A DNA stretch of 63,773 bases, counting the filler, from Hausera hauseri (lineage: Eukaryota): assembly GCA_046269625.1 (NCBI GenBank). It is 11 parts of 11 records of this genome, joined end to end, with 100 filler letters (N's around TTAATTAATTAA, not from the genome) between each part and the next. Parts side by side here need not be neighbours in the genome. Positions count along the whole stretch, not along the records: positions 1 to 4,483 come from JBJURY010559118.1; positions 4,584 to 9,386 come from JBJURY010430363.1; positions 9,487 to 13,541 come from JBJURY010790757.1; positions 13,642 to 18,591 come from JBJURY010381813.1; 7 more parts are not named here. One strand, written 5' to 3'. The notes below the pieces were generated by a model. The model saw only the letters and a list, made by a program, of their open reading frames with translations, made no database searches and was not told the DNA's origin. How positions within the stretch are numbered: position 1 is the stretch's first letter; each line of letters starts with the position of its first letter. Positions 1-14,155 of the stretch are shown here, one piece after another. The translations under genes and the position numbers were made by a program.

Positions 1-1263
1 ATGTGATAATTTGTTTGAATAATGTCAATTATATAATTGAAATATAAATTGATATGGAATCTTCTAGTTCTCTTACTTCCAGTATTCTCAGATATTTTTT
101 TTGAAATATTACTATACATTTTACTTGTTTAAATACATTATTTAAATGAATTTCAATAGAATTCTAAACGTTTGAACTTGACTACTCTTGTACATAATTC
201 TCCCATAACACAAATCACCAATTTTACTATAATTAATAGTGTCCATCTAACTCTAAACATATTTCTAAACCTAATAAGAAATAGAATTAGACGGACATCA
301 TGGACTGTAGTAAAATTGGTGTTTTTTAAACAGTGGGGTGTACAGGAAAGCGTTATCTTATTTAACATTCATTTAACACCACCACCCATTCCCAGCAGCA
401 TATTTTATATAATTGTTATACAAAAAATGTTCACCAAAAATGACAATAGTTCTCAAGTTTTCATTTATGGCTATAAAATAAACTACAAAATGCCACTGTC
501 ATTGCCTAAAATATTGTTCTTATCTATTTGTACAAGACTGGCAATTTTGAAACGCATTTTCTGTTGTTTTTTACTATTCGCTTCATTTCTTCAATCAAAG
601 TCTTTTTGATTGTGTTTTATCCAATTTCATCTAGTGTACGAATTCATCCTAGGCAAAGTAGTTCAAAGGATTGATAGAGTGAATTTTATCACAATTTAAA
701 ACTGGGAAAATGTTCCTTACACCTTTTTATTGAAAGGTAGAGTCACCGCAGAACATGATCAGCCATTCCGCTGACAAGAATTACCAATAGAGTTACTACT
801 TTTGAAGATGCAGCAGGTCAAATCAGAATTTTTCTGGAAATTTACTTTTCTGCTTTACTCCACCGTTTTCATCATATTCTTGACAATTCACAACTCAGAA
901 ACGTTAATTCCGAGCAGTGCAAATTCCAATCAAATTAAATATTTTCTCCTCCGAAGAAAGAATTCGTAGAGTTTATTCGAAGAGTTACTACGAATCCCAT
1001 TAGAGAACTTAACTCTTCTGGCTTTATATGTCTTTCAGTGCTGGTTCAATTCTCATAGATCATTTATCAATATCCTTTGAACGCTCCTTCTGAAGATATC
1101 AAATTCAGAAGTCTATGTTTGTGAAGAACTTTCATCATTAGTTTGAATGACACGTGGAAAACTTGCTAACTTCGTTATTTGAGCAGAGCCGATCTCGTCG
1201 ATCATTTTACGCCTACATATTTGCATAGGTCAATGAAAACTGACGAAATACCGTGTTTATGCA

Positions 1264-2358
1264 TCACCCATTTAAACAAATTTTGAAATAATTGCTACCT
1301 TGAACAGTAAATATCACAGTTTGATTGAACATGTATCGATTGTTATCAATTACATTCCAAGCTGAACAATTTAATTCCCATTGCGAGTCTCCAGGCGCCT
1401 TTTCATTCAACGCGAATTCCTGATTATTCTTTCTGATTTCAAAATAATTTTCGGCATGTGGAGGACCAGAAATGAACGACCATTTTGTTGTTGGTGTTGG
1501 ATTTCCATCGAATGGGAGACATTTTAAAATACTTCCGATTTTGATTCTGTTATGGAATTTTGGTTCAATTCGTACTTTAGTTGGATGATCTACAAAAATG
1601 GCATATTTAAAAAGAATTCACAAATTTTACTAACGAAAAACTTTAATTTGGAAATACTTCTTTAATTTTCCTGACTGACATTTGATAGTTCTCATGTGAT
1701 CTGTCTTTTCCACTCTGAATATGATCAGTCTTTCTTGTTTCTTCTCATTGAATGTGTTGGATAAAATTGCCATGTCACTGATGAAGGATATTTCCGGTTT
1801 CTTTTCCCCAATGCAGCTGATAATTGCGGTTGCCCCTGCAATGATTTTACTTTTCATTTTGTCCACAGAGTAGACTTTGAATTTTATTTGACTTTGATTT
1901 ACGAGTTTGATTTTCGACTTCAACAACTCAATTGAACTGTGAAATTTGTTTGTCTGGTGGATGGTCAAATAATGCTCACTGGACAATTCCTTCAGCATCA
2001 GTCCTACTTTTAATGATGACTCATCTGGTGACATATGAATGTCATCAACAGTAATATATTTGCCTTTGTACGTTTCTCTTACCATATCTGTGTCTTCTAT
2101 GGCAAATTTGTAAGAATCTAAGGATATTCCATTTGAATCTTTAACTGCTATCGTGATTATTTGACCGAAATAATTGGACATTAATTCTGTGTCATTTGGT
2201 GGTTTGAATATCACAGAAAATTGTTTATTTGCATAGTATGGGAATTGGACATCCATTTTTACAGAAAATTGTTTGGATTGTATGGAATGAACATGAATTA
2301 CCAGAAGGAAGGAGGTTAACAAAATAATTGTTGGATAATTACGAAGTACTGTTGTCAT
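1264..2358 (-). CDS. Secreted or cell-surface immunoglobulin-superfamily protein (at least 2 exons: 2358-1635 and 1589-~1299)
   Basis: The ORF starts with a signal-like peptide (IILLTSFLLVIHVHS). A 45-nt phase-1 GTTAGT...TTGTAG intron (1634-1590) joins it in frame to an exon encoding ILKCLPFDGNPTPTTKW...WELNCSAWN, matching Ig C-x-x-x-GNPxP-W and CxAxN motifs. The 3' end is uncertain (donor at 1298 or stop at 1264). Confidence 0.6.
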
Positions 2359-3381
2359 AATTGACGAAATTGACCTGCGATGATTTATTGTCTATTTATA
2401 TAGTTGATTTATTGACAACCGATTTTACTTGGATGTTCTAAATTTGTAGGTCAGGAAATGCTATAATGGTAACAATTTCTGCTAAATAAATTTATAAATT
2501 TAATAATAATTTACAGGAAAATGGAATATAATTAAATAAGAATATTTTTGTATACCGGATGTGACTATAGGGTAAATAGAAACATGTGTAGCATATGAAT
2601 TAATACAGTAAATTTAATTTGAGACACATTCAGGCAACATTTAGTTTTATGATTTTTACACCACGTTATGAATGTCTGAAATCGGTAGACAAAACTTTTG
2701 TTAATTATAATATTTCGCCTCTTTCCTGTGAAAATTTCCATACAGTACAATGAGTTGGTTTACCGAAACTTTTCAAAGTATCAGTTTTATATTGAATATG
2801 CTAATTTTGACTATTATTATGAATACTAAATAGTTTGATTGTTAAGAAAATTATACACGATTAAACATTAACCAAATTATTTAAATAAAATTAAACAATT
2901 GCTTGTTGCGGTAGTTCTCATGAATCCGTCACCAATTTATCTATACACAGTAATTTAATTAAAATGACTAAATATAATTATGGCTATACCATAAATGAGA
3001 GGATGTCAGCGACAATTTCAAACAAATAAACATTGGCTATTTATGGTGAAATCCAAATAAATCACAAAACAAAAATAGTTTTATCAAAACAACCAAATTA
3101 TTAAATGAGGCTAATTCGGTTATGTCGGATTTAAATTAGCCAGACTTAAACAAAATGTACGATGGATTGTTATCAATTCCGAATATTAGAAGAAGTAACT
3201 TAATCAATAACAAGGGCTTGGGAGGTTATATAAATGAAGGTATAGATAAAGCAAACATATCTCCCACATAATAATTTGGTAATCAGAGGTTTGTAGTTGT
3301 GATATAACATGCTTAGAATATTGTTCGATTCTCGTCTAATTTTGTTACTTCTCAGTTATTCATACTTCATGGAATGCGAAG

Positions 3382-3402
3382 GTGTGTGTGTGTGTGTGTG
3401 TG
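3382..3402. repeat. (GT)10 microsatellite
   Basis: Directly visible. Confidence 0.9.
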
Positions 3403-4483
3403 CCAACGACAGTTCAGACATTGAAAGTCTTTGTTAAGAATCTGTACAATAATAGCAAATCAGCATCTAATACAATAGTACAAAAGCTTATGTCCGGTTA
3501 CCATTAATTTCAGTTAGATTTTCTAGAAGTCTCATTTATATATATCATCTAAAGACTACAAATGAAATAAATATTTAATTATTTTGGTTTTTAAAGGGTG
3601 CCATATTCACCCAATAATGTAGTGCATAGCTGATATGAATATTCATTTTGTAAAACGTTTACCTCGCAACTTTTGGTTTGATCTTAAATCACAAAGAGAA
3701 GAGAGGTATTTAACATGGACATTAATGGTTCCATGCTGTTAAATGTAAAGGATCGAGTATGGCGACTGCACTGTTTGTACTATTTCATTTACATTTACAC
3801 CTTACTAGAATACAATTTTGACAACTTTCCTCTCTCCTTATTCCAATCTATTACGTTCCATACAACTTTAAAAGTCTACTGAATCTCTATTTTAAATCGT
3901 ATCCATTCAAATGTTAGATGAATGGATACCGATGAGAGAAACAATAATAATAACAAGATTGAATACGGCTGTTACAATTTCATTATTGTGTGGATAACAG
4001 GTAATAGCCGATACCTAAAAATAAGAAAAACATTTTGTTTTAATAATCTTGAATAGCGTACTTTCATCTATTCTTAAAATGATAAAAGATAGTCAGAGGG
4101 ACGTGCAGAATATAATGATAATAAATAATATGAAAATACTTTTCCTTAAGGAAGTCAAAATAATGGAATTGGAGATTTTAAATGAGACAGCATTTTACAC
4201 TTTTTCAAATCTCCCCACTATGTTTAGAAATTTTGAACTTTTACAAAATTTTCATTCGTTTTATGGTGATAATTTTCATTTAATATTCGATTTATAATGT
4301 TCTGACGAAATAAAAATACCCATCGAATATTTGATCTATAGTTTGTAAATGAGAGAAAATTAACGAATACATTTTAGACTGATATCCAGAAAACCTAGTG
4401 GGGAAATGTGAACAAGTGCGAAATGATGTCACATTCGTTTGAAAAAAGTATTTTCATATTATTACTCAGTATTATATTTTGCA

Positions 4484-4583
4484 NNNNNNNNNNNNNNNNN
4501 NNNNNNNNNNNNNNNNNNNNNNNNNNNTTAATTAATTAANNNNNNNNNNNNNNNNNNNNNNNNNNNNNNNNNNNNNNNNNNNN
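4484..4583. other. Artificial contig spacer; the same spacer occurs at 9387-9486, 13542-13641, 18592-18691, 23310-23409, 28342-28441, 33445-33544, 37916-38015, 42577-42676 and 48005-48104
   Basis: Identical N44-TTAATTAATTAA-N44 linker with stops in all six frames. Confidence 0.99.
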
Positions 4584-4645
4584 GTTATTCCCCACAGACT
4601 CGGTAAATGCGAATGCAATTTTTATATGGATATATTTAAACTAGA

Positions 4646-7627
4646 AATATTTGGCTTGTATGTTTGGCAAAAAAGTAGAACAAAGCATCGCCAAGGCGGA
4701 GAGATTAAAGGAGAGTCTAAAAGAGCGATATGCTGCGTCAGTTGCACCAGTTGTTGCAACTATTACTCCTAAAGAAGTTTCGTCTGAAGACAAGGGACCA
4801 ATTTCATCGCAGCGTCTTTATCAGCGAATACGTAGCAACGCCGATATCGTCATAGTAGATGTGCGGTCACGCGCGGAATTCTCTAAATGTCATATCCACC
4901 ATGATGGTGTAATTAATGTGCCGAGTGATGAATTGCGACTTGGGTAAGTTGATTCATTCATTTGTTGTCGATGCTGTGTAGTTGCTCAGTCACTGACGTT
5001 GACCGACTGCTACAAACCGATGGTTCAGAACGAGAACGAACCGTTTGGGGAAATAGAAATCATAGATCGACTGTTGTTATGGTAGACTGGTCGTCAGATG
5101 ACTCGGCAGCAGTAAGGATGGTGAGGGATGCCATATATAAGGTGATGACGTAATATAAAATTATAATAATTGTTATTTATTAAGTGGGATGCTACACATG
5201 CCATCTGTGAACCGTTATTGCTTATGGGTGGATTACAGGCGTTTATTTTGCATTATCCAACTGCTGTAACTAACGCCCAGTATGTTAGTCCAGTGACCAA
5301 TGAATATGCATCTTTAACCGTCGAATCCATAAAATATCCCGATTTGGATGGTTGCAAACAGCCAGCAATTGCAGGTGACAAATTTCCATTAGATGTTGCT
5401 GTCAAATCTCCGACAGATGGTGCGCCAAAGTTGCCTATAGGTAATGCGGTTAAGTTACCAACAGATAATACTGCTAAATCGCCCGCAATGGGTACTACCA
5501 GAGTTCCAATAGATAATGTTAGATCTAAGTCTCCCGCACATGACCCAAACAAATCTCCAACAAATGATCAAAACAAATCTCAAACAAATGGCCCAAATAA
5601 GTCCCCAACAGTTGGCGCCAATAAGGCATCGAGAGATAGTCCTAACAAGGCTCTAACAGATGCTACAATTATCGTGAATAGGTTGTTGAAGCCAATCATG
5701 ACTAAATCTGTTGTCCAGCAGCCGCCTGAAGCGCCAGTGCAACCAGATATGAAACATGAAGAAGTCATCGATGAAAAGCAGACGGTAGTATTGAATAAGC
5801 CGGATGCCGTCGTCCCATCAGTAGTCGTTAATCGGTCATTGAAGCCAAAGGACAGCGGCGGTAAATTGTCCGATAGCAGTCGGAATGGGGCGGAGTTCAC
5901 AGCAAAGGGTGGAGCGAAATCGATACCACCACCGGGAGCAACAAAGGATGACGGGAGACAACAGGTACATCAGTGGATGGCAAATATGGATGGTGGAGCT
6001 GCTAGTAATGCATATCGGCCGTCGGTGCCTCCAGCTGAAGAATGTGAGTGATTGCCTTTTTAATTGTTCAATTTGTGTGTAGTTTGTGATATTTACATGC
6101 GATTTTCATATTATAATTGTTTTTGTCATCTACCATTGTTATATTATAATAACAAAAGTCTCTTCATGTATATTACGATATGGCTTTTTGATATTTGCTA
6201 TAGATAGTACTAGTCCACCGTCTTCATTTGCCGATCGGGTGGAGTCACTGAAAGATCATTCATCCGTTACACGTCGCAGTGGTGGCCTGAAAAGGTCAAG
6301 TAGTCAACCGAATCTATCCGAAGAGATCGCCGATAGTGGCAATTTATCTTCAGATGCAACGCCAGTACTCAACCGATTGACGAAACCAACTCGAACGCAA
6401 CCATTGACAAATTTCACTGCAGCTCAGATCAGCAGTTTCAGTCCCTTGTACCGGTCAACGGTAAGGAATAATTTCCGGTGGCTCATTTTACTTTATATAG
6501 TATCCTGGATTGACGGGGTTACGTAACATGGGCAACACTTGTTATATGAACAGCATTGTGCAGGCACTGAGCAACACTAAATTTTTGGCTAATTACATTC
6601 TTACTGAGAACTATTTACACGACATTAATCGAAATAATCCATTGGGGCATCGGGGCAAAGTCGTGACTCACTTTGCTCGTCTGTTGGTGGCTCTATGGGC
6701 TGGCACATATGGGGAATTGTCGCCCGTCGATTTCAAACGAGTTGTTGATGAGCATAACGAGATGTTTCGTGGCGGTGAACAGCACGACAGTCAGGAATTC
6801 CTCATCTTTCTTCTCGATGGACTTCACGAGGATTTAAACAAATCGAGCCATCGACAAGGTGCGTTGGCATCCGATAGTGGCAATGACAAACTGAGTGACG
6901 CCCAGCGGGCAGATCATGCATGGGCGATGCATCTGTCGATGAACGACAGTGTAATTGTGCGGCTGTTTCAGGGACAATTTAGATCTCTTGTAACGTGCAG
7001 CCATTGCGGCATGACGTCTGTCACGTTCGATGCGTTTATGTACCTGAGTTTGCCGCTGGTGCCACCAGGACAACACAAGTGTACACTGTTTGTGAGTGTC
7101 CCATTGCCTGTTTGCTGGTGTGACTGACGTGTACAGGACTGTATACGGTTGTTTCTGGCCGAGGAACGCATGACGGGTGGCAGTCAATGGCACTGTCCAC
7201 GGTGTGCTGTTCGTCGTGATGCCATCAAGAAAATCGACATTTGGAAATTGCCACCGTATCTGCTGATCCATCTGAAACGGTTCTCGTGCAGTGGGCAATT
7301 TCGACAGAAACTAAACACGCAGGTGGAATTCCCCATGGACGAATTGGATGTCGGGTCACTGATGGCCGGTGGTGGAGGACATCACAGCAAGTATCATCTG
7401 TATGCAGTGTCGGTGAGTAATGTGTTGTCGTAATCTCTATGTGTGTTATCATTTGTCATTCAGAATCACCACGGCAACATGGAGGCAGGTCACTGTATGA
7501 TTATATTGTCATAGAGATTCGTTCTATTTCCATTGTAGACACGTCCTATTGTAAAAATGCCCGTGATAATGATTGGTACTGTTATGACGATGATATCGTC
7601 TCCAGAATGTCTCCTGCAGAAGTCAAA
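4646..7627 (+). CDS. USP8: Ubiquitin carboxyl-terminal hydrolase 8 (multi-exon, partial at both ends)
   Basis: Rhodanese-like domain (IVIVDVRSRAEFSKCHI...INVP; LLLMGGLQAFILHYP), 14-3-3-type RSSSQP, Cys box GLRNMGNTCYMNS, QHDSQEFL, IWKLPPYLLIHLKRF, His box NHHGNMEAGHYT across short GT-AG introns, and WYCYDD. Confidence 0.9.
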
Positions 7628-8942
7628 GTGAGTGGGAAAATTAACTTTCCATCATAAATAAGAGTCTTTCTAACATTAATAAAACAATGGCCAATGTTGT
7701 AAAACATTTAAGCGACCAGGGAAACACTTTGCGGAACAATAACAGCTCGGACTGATTATTGTTTGCTTTAGGTGTTCATGTGGATTGATTCGACGTGAAA
7801 TAAAGATTAATTATCGTCATATTATTAACTTCAACAGATAATACAATTCTATTAAATAATTCATTTAAACAAGAGAACAGGTGTGAAATATAGTAGAAAA
7901 TAATAAAAAAATACTTTTCAAATACTGCATATACTCCAAAACAAAGTTAGATTTGTAGTATAAATTAAACTGAGCCCGAAATCGTGAGTCCGGGGGATAC
8001 TAAATTAGGTTCTAAAATTTTAAAAGTAAATGTGGAATGTCCCACAATTAAATGTAACCGGTTCCGGGGTTATTGTTCAAGGTCACTAGTATAGAAATGC
8101 GGGTTCTGGATTACCCCCGCGGGCCGCCCCCCATGCAGACAATACGAAGCGTGCTTGATGCGCACACAGGCACTGGATTTGTCAATTCGGTGACAGATTT
8201 TAAAAATCACACCGGGAAAGTTGCACGGTGCATCCCGGAAGCTGGGGAAGTGCACGAAAAAAGTGGATGTTAGAAGGAAATGATGGGACACAGATAACGC
8301 ATCAAATGCCGAAGGAACGAAGTCGATCGAATGGAGCGCAGTGGCACGGGGCGATGGAGAAAAAGTAATCCAGAACCCGCATATGGTTTATGAGGAAGTG
8401 GGAAACGTTATCAACCAACGGTTGATGGTCTCATAACAATGGGCCCGTGAGTAGCCGAACGGAACCGGAAAGAAAGTTGCATGATGCACCGACGACGTCA
8501 GACACCCATGTGTGCATTGATGATGGAATCCCGTGTCGAGTGGAATAGGAAACAAAAGCCCATAATGTGGGCTAGTCGATGATGGTGTCCGAATGGAAAT
8601 AACCCATTGCCGAACGGAACAACGATGGAAACCGTCAAAAATCGCCGGAAAAAATAATTTCATCAAAATTCAACATAACCGGGTTCAATCGATCGGTCAT
8701 CGGTTACTGATTATGGCTGTGTGTCGCAAAGTTTTAACGCATCGCCATCAACGTACAGAAGAGGAAAACGAATTTTCTACGTACATGTGAACATTGAACA
8801 CACGAACTTTTATGCGGTTTTAGACATACCGATTTTTTTCGGGTTTATGGATGTCATTTAAAGTACATATATTTATATCACACACAATCACACCCTCAAA
8901 CACAAAAAAGTATAAGGCATAAAAAAAGTAAATTTAAGCAAT

Positions 8943-9386
8943 ATGATATCAACAATAAATTATAGGGGTTATATACGTGGAACAGCTGAACATTTACAAT
9001 TCAATAAATGGAAACCGCAACAATGTGTATTGAAATTGTACAAATATAGTTTGGTTATTTTCAAAAATGATAAATGTAGAGTAATGAGTTGTAAACAACC
9101 AATAGAGAAACGGGAAATAATTATTTCGAAACATAAAATTGTAGTCATCATTGAAAGAATCCAATCAGTAACTGTTACATGCAAGTTAGAACTTCCATCA
9201 GTAAATTTGTGCAAACTGGCAGGAAAAATGGATTGCTTATATGAACCAGAATTGTTCCCTGCTGTACAATTAAATATGTACAGACCGTTGTGTGTAAATG
9301 TATTTTCCAATGGAAATATAGTCATTCTAGGATTAAAATCAATAGAATCAATTGATGAAGATGTTCATAATATAGTTAGTAATATT
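8943..9386 (+). CDS. Divergent, intronless TATA-binding-protein-like protein (runs into the contig end)
   Basis: YEPELFPAV...VNVFSNGNIVILG matches the TBP second repeat; LVIFKNDKCRVM resembles the first-repeat motif LIFxSGKxV. Confidence 0.7.
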
Positions 9387-9733
9387 NNNNNNNNNNNNNN
9401 NNNNNNNNNNNNNNNNNNNNNNNNNNNNNNTTAATTAATTAANNNNNNNNNNNNNNNNNNNNNNNNNNNNNNNNNNNNNNNNNNNNTAAGCACTGTTGTT
9501 AATGAATCAAACGAGGTGTAATAGTGCAGATGTACCGAATTATATAGAAAATAAGTTATGGAAAACTTAATTACAAATCATTAAAATTGTAAAGGAAATT
9601 GGTGCCATAAAAATGTCAAACAACACAAAAAAGAAAATCGATAAAGTACCCAAAATTAAGCAGAACGCACGAAAATTTATACATTTGTATTTAACAAAAA
9701 AAATCTGAAAGAAAGCCCGAAAATCTATTAATT

Positions 9734-12700
9734 TCAACGATCTTTTCTAACTTTCTTGAGTTTCTTTGACTTCTTGTGTTTGTGTTTCTTGTGTTTTTTC
9801 TTGCTTTTACTATCATCATTTTCATCGATTGCCTTCTTGTTCCTGTGGAAATAAATGACAAACGTCAGATTGTTGAATACAGTTAATTTTTGATACTTTT
9901 TCCGTTTCTTGATCACTTCCCGATAATCATCGGATAAATACGAGTCAGACAATTCTCGTTGGTGAGTAGAGTTCACAAGTAATTTGTCTGATTTACACTT
10001 GTCTGATTCTGATGACCGTTTACGGGATTTGTTGTGATTTGTGTTGTCATCGTCTGCTGGATGGGAAGAGGAATCTTTCAAATTCGGTAACGATGAAACA
10101 TGATTTAAAGAAGGCTGCTTATTCGGTAAATATTCGCTATCTGAATGAGTCTTTGATTCGGATTTTATGTTGAAACGAGATTTATGTTCATCCTGACATT
10201 CAGGATCTTTCGTTTCCTTATCGTCATTGTTTGTTAGAAACCTTCAAAAATTATAAAAAAATTACGGGAAAATTTTTCAAACTTCAGAAAAGTCGTAATG
10301 GAATCTTGCATGAACTTCGGATCGATCGTTTTGATATCGGATTTCGAATAATTGATCTTATACGATGACGTGTTCAGTTCATCTGAATCGTGTGTGGATT
10401 CGTTATGTCTTATTCGTGATGACAAATCTGTCCCGTTGGATGCCACGTCTTTCATCGACGTTTGATTCTCATCCGAATGGTAATGAGTACGAGTCTCCTT
10501 CTTATCCCGGCGACTGTTATGATGATATTTCGATGAATCATCAACAGGAGATCGCGAATAACGACTACGGTGTTGGTGCCTCAGTGGCGGACGAATTCTA
10601 CGAAAATAATTGATCACAAAACAAAATACGGACGAGTTACTTTTTGGCACGTAACTGACGTTGTTTCTCGTAGAATTCCTCTTTAGTGAGTATTCGATTG
10701 ACGGCATTCATTGGATGATTTGGAGGAATGGCGAGATTGTTGTTCAACCAGATTGCTGCTGCTGATGATGATGCAATAGCGGCGGCATTTGGATTGATTG
10801 AACTACCGAATAGTGTTTGTAATTGTATGTTATTGTATACAGGATTAATAATCGGCCATGGGATAGACTCTATAGTATTGAGTGGAATACCAGCAGCACC
10901 AGCACCTGGATTTGTCAATAACTGATGTTGGACTGATGTTACCAGCGGTGCCGGAGCAGTCGGAAATTGGTGATTGAGCAAATGAGACGATGTTGGGTCG
11001 ATACCAGGATTGATACTAGAAAGATGATGAAGAGTTGATAGCAATTCAGCGTTTTTCACAGCGTCCAATCGCGAATAGATCGTCTGCGCTTTTGACTCGA
11101 GTTTTCGATCGACACATTTGTTAATCACGTCCATTCGTTTACCGATTGTCTCAATTTTTGATGTTTGATCACTAACAGCCCATTTCAGTTTGTCCGGTGA
11201 TTCCGATTTCCCAATTACCATCGCATTACTTGATGTACTATTGTTGTTATGAATATGATCATCATCATAATCATCAACTTTATCAAAGATATAATCATTC
11301 ACATCGATGTCCTTCTCAACAACCGGCACATCTTTCTCTAACAATTTTGAACAAGACTCACCGTCTTTCGTATCTGTTAGCAATTGATCTTCAGCAATTT
11401 TCCCAACTATCGTATCCCCTCCACTGATCGTCGGATTGAACACTTTCGGTTTGAGCATTCGACGGTTATTGACGAATACCTCAATGCAAATATCCAATTA
11501 ACGAAAAACGGACAAAATCCAACCCCATACCTTTTCTTCCGGATCAATTTTAACGCTCTTCAATTCACTATCAACATTGGCCGAATCATATTTCATTTCT
11601 GGAGATTTACTAGAATCCTGAATACCAAATATTATAATCACCGTTACACATATCATTGAAATCCGTCCGACACACACGCGCACACACACAGGCAGACAAA
11701 CTAACCCAATAAATCAAATCACAATCCAAACGACCGTGATGTTCGGTGATAAGCGATTGTACAAAATTTATTTGGCAAATAAAAAAGAACAAAATATAAA
11801 AATCTTGACAAAGATAATTGAAGATGATCTCAAGAAAAGTCGAAATACTCAACGCAACCAATCCGGTACAAAATATTATTCGTTAACAGTAGTAAATTGG
11901 AATTCCGGGTGAGATGATGCAAATTCTTTTGGGTTTTTATTGGCACTTCTTGTATAAGTTTATTCACAGAATGAGTGACATTTCTCATGTGCAATCGTTG
12001 GGAACCATCTATGCAAGAGGTACCATATTACTCAGATTTTCGATAACATTCCCCAGCAAATATTGTGCAATTAAAAAGATGGATTAAGAAAGAAATTACT
12101 GTTAATGACAATCGTCCAGAAAACCTGTCAAGACAAAGAGAATTGTAAAAGGTGTTGTTAAGATGGATAGTATTTATTAGACCCTATAGCATCTCACCTG
12201 GAATAAATTGAAAGAAATTGGAGATTTAAAGATCGTTGCGAAGAGTATTTAATAGAAATTTTAAATGCACTATTTACTTCATTAAGTTCAGTCTTTTTAA
12301 TTGAATACTGATTCAGATTGGTAAGACAACTATCGACTATTTCTTTTGTCAGCATATTGGCTTTCCAACATTGGATCAATTGACGAAGGAGTTCGTTTTC
12401 GATAAGAGATGTATGGTGTTCGATCAGAGTTTGACACGTGTGACATTTTCGTGATCCGTTCATTTCAGGATCATAAAGATAATCAGTAATACATTTTTCA
12501 CAGTAAACAGTTGCACAACATGGTGTTGTTGTTGGGTTTTCAATGAGTTTCGAACAAAGAGGGCATTTCAATTTCGATGGAAGTTCTTGTTCTTTCTCGA
12601 CATAGGGAGGATTTTCTTCGATAGAAAAGGAACGTTTTTTTTCTTACCCATAGCGTATGCTTCAGCATCTTTGATGGGTACCATGTACTTGCCCTCTTTG

Positions 12701-13278
12701 GTTAGGTAAGCCCCTGGTGTTCCTGGGGAAACTTCCAATAGAAATTCCTGGGGAATGCCCGTCGGTCGTTTGACTATTTTAAAGTCCAGCAATCGGCCGT
12801 CTTTATCTCTGAGACCAGGACATTCATGAATCCGATGACCATTTACCGTTAAAAGTAAAGTTTTTCTATCATCCTTAATTTCACAATGGTGAATATCGGG
12901 AAAATTCCAAGCCTCAACCAGTTGATGTCCCTTATCGATTTCGGTCAGACATATCCGAATATTTTGGACGTGAAAAGTGTACCATTCATTAATGCGAAGT
13001 TTCGTATAGCTTTCATTACTTTTAACGAGCCGTAAACAGAAAAGCAGATCTGGTAAATACTTTCGAAGAATGTCTTTTAACTTAATATGTCCGGTGAAAG
13101 AATTGTCCATTAAAAGGAAGAAACATTCTTTCTGACCAATTATTACAAAGCCGACATCTCCAGTCCCGCATTCGTAACCATAAATATAAATAGCTTCAAT
13201 TAAACCTTTCGTGTTTAAATCAATCATTTCGGCGACAAGACAATCGGCAACTCGATGAATGCACGTTATTATGCGCAT
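9734..13278 (-). CDS. RBBP6: RBBP6/Mpe1-like E3 ligase, multi-exon, with an atypical N-terminus and a frameshift near 12615 (possible pseudogene or chimera)
   Basis: GHRIHECP (half zinc knuckle), KRPTGIPQEFL, EAYAMGKK..PFL, RING CPLC...TPCCATVYCEKCI...CHTC, LTKEEFYEKQRQL, an RS-rich segment and a K-rich tail KKKHKKHKHKK. Confidence 0.75.
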
Positions 13279-14155
13279 GACCTTTCTCCATTTTGTCTTT
13301 CGCTTGCAAAAATTTACTTCTTGTTCAAAATTACTTCTGTATTCACCATCAACAATTATAAATGCATAAATCGCTAAAATATGAATTATTGTGAATGCTA
13401 AAGCTGAAAGTCGAATTTAAATGACCTTGAGAACTGTTCAACTGCTATCGAATGGCCCCGGCCATTTTTATGGGACCCGTTGGTACGAGTTCTCTCGTTT
13501 TGGTTTTGCCGAATTCTGAGATCTGAATAGAGAATGTCTGGNNNNNNNNNNNNNNNNNNNNNNNNNNNNNNNNNNNNNNNNNNNNTTAATTAATTAANNN
13601 NNNNNNNNNNNNNNNNNNNNNNNNNNNNNNNNNNNNNNNNNTTGATAAACTACGAAGTTAAAATTGAATGCCGAACCTTACACACTAATCCAATCATAAT
13701 TTTAAAAAACAGTAGAGAAATCGAATGTAAATCTTTGCGGCCGCAACACGATTATGTAATCCGAATTACTGCCAAGGGTTGAAGACCTGAAACTTTTACG
13801 GCGCGGACTCGTAACGACAAATCAAGAGCAACACGATATAAAGATCTTAGTACCCGTAATGTGCTTACCACAAAAGGGCCTAGTGAGGCGAATAGTTTAC
13901 CGATAATAACTATATTCGGTTTGTCAACTTTCGTTCTTGTCAGCGACGATTTTCTTAGTTTCCAAAAACTGCAATAAACAGCGCAAAAATCAACAGAGGG
14001 ATAAACGGGAAAAAGGGTACCGAGACGGGCTTTAAGATAGTATAACCTGACAATTACAGACCGGGTTATCCTATCATCAGACAGAGGAAGTGTTTTGGTT
14101 CAAAACGATGATATGTCTTAGAATTGACATTTATTTTTATTTTAGCAGAGTAAGT

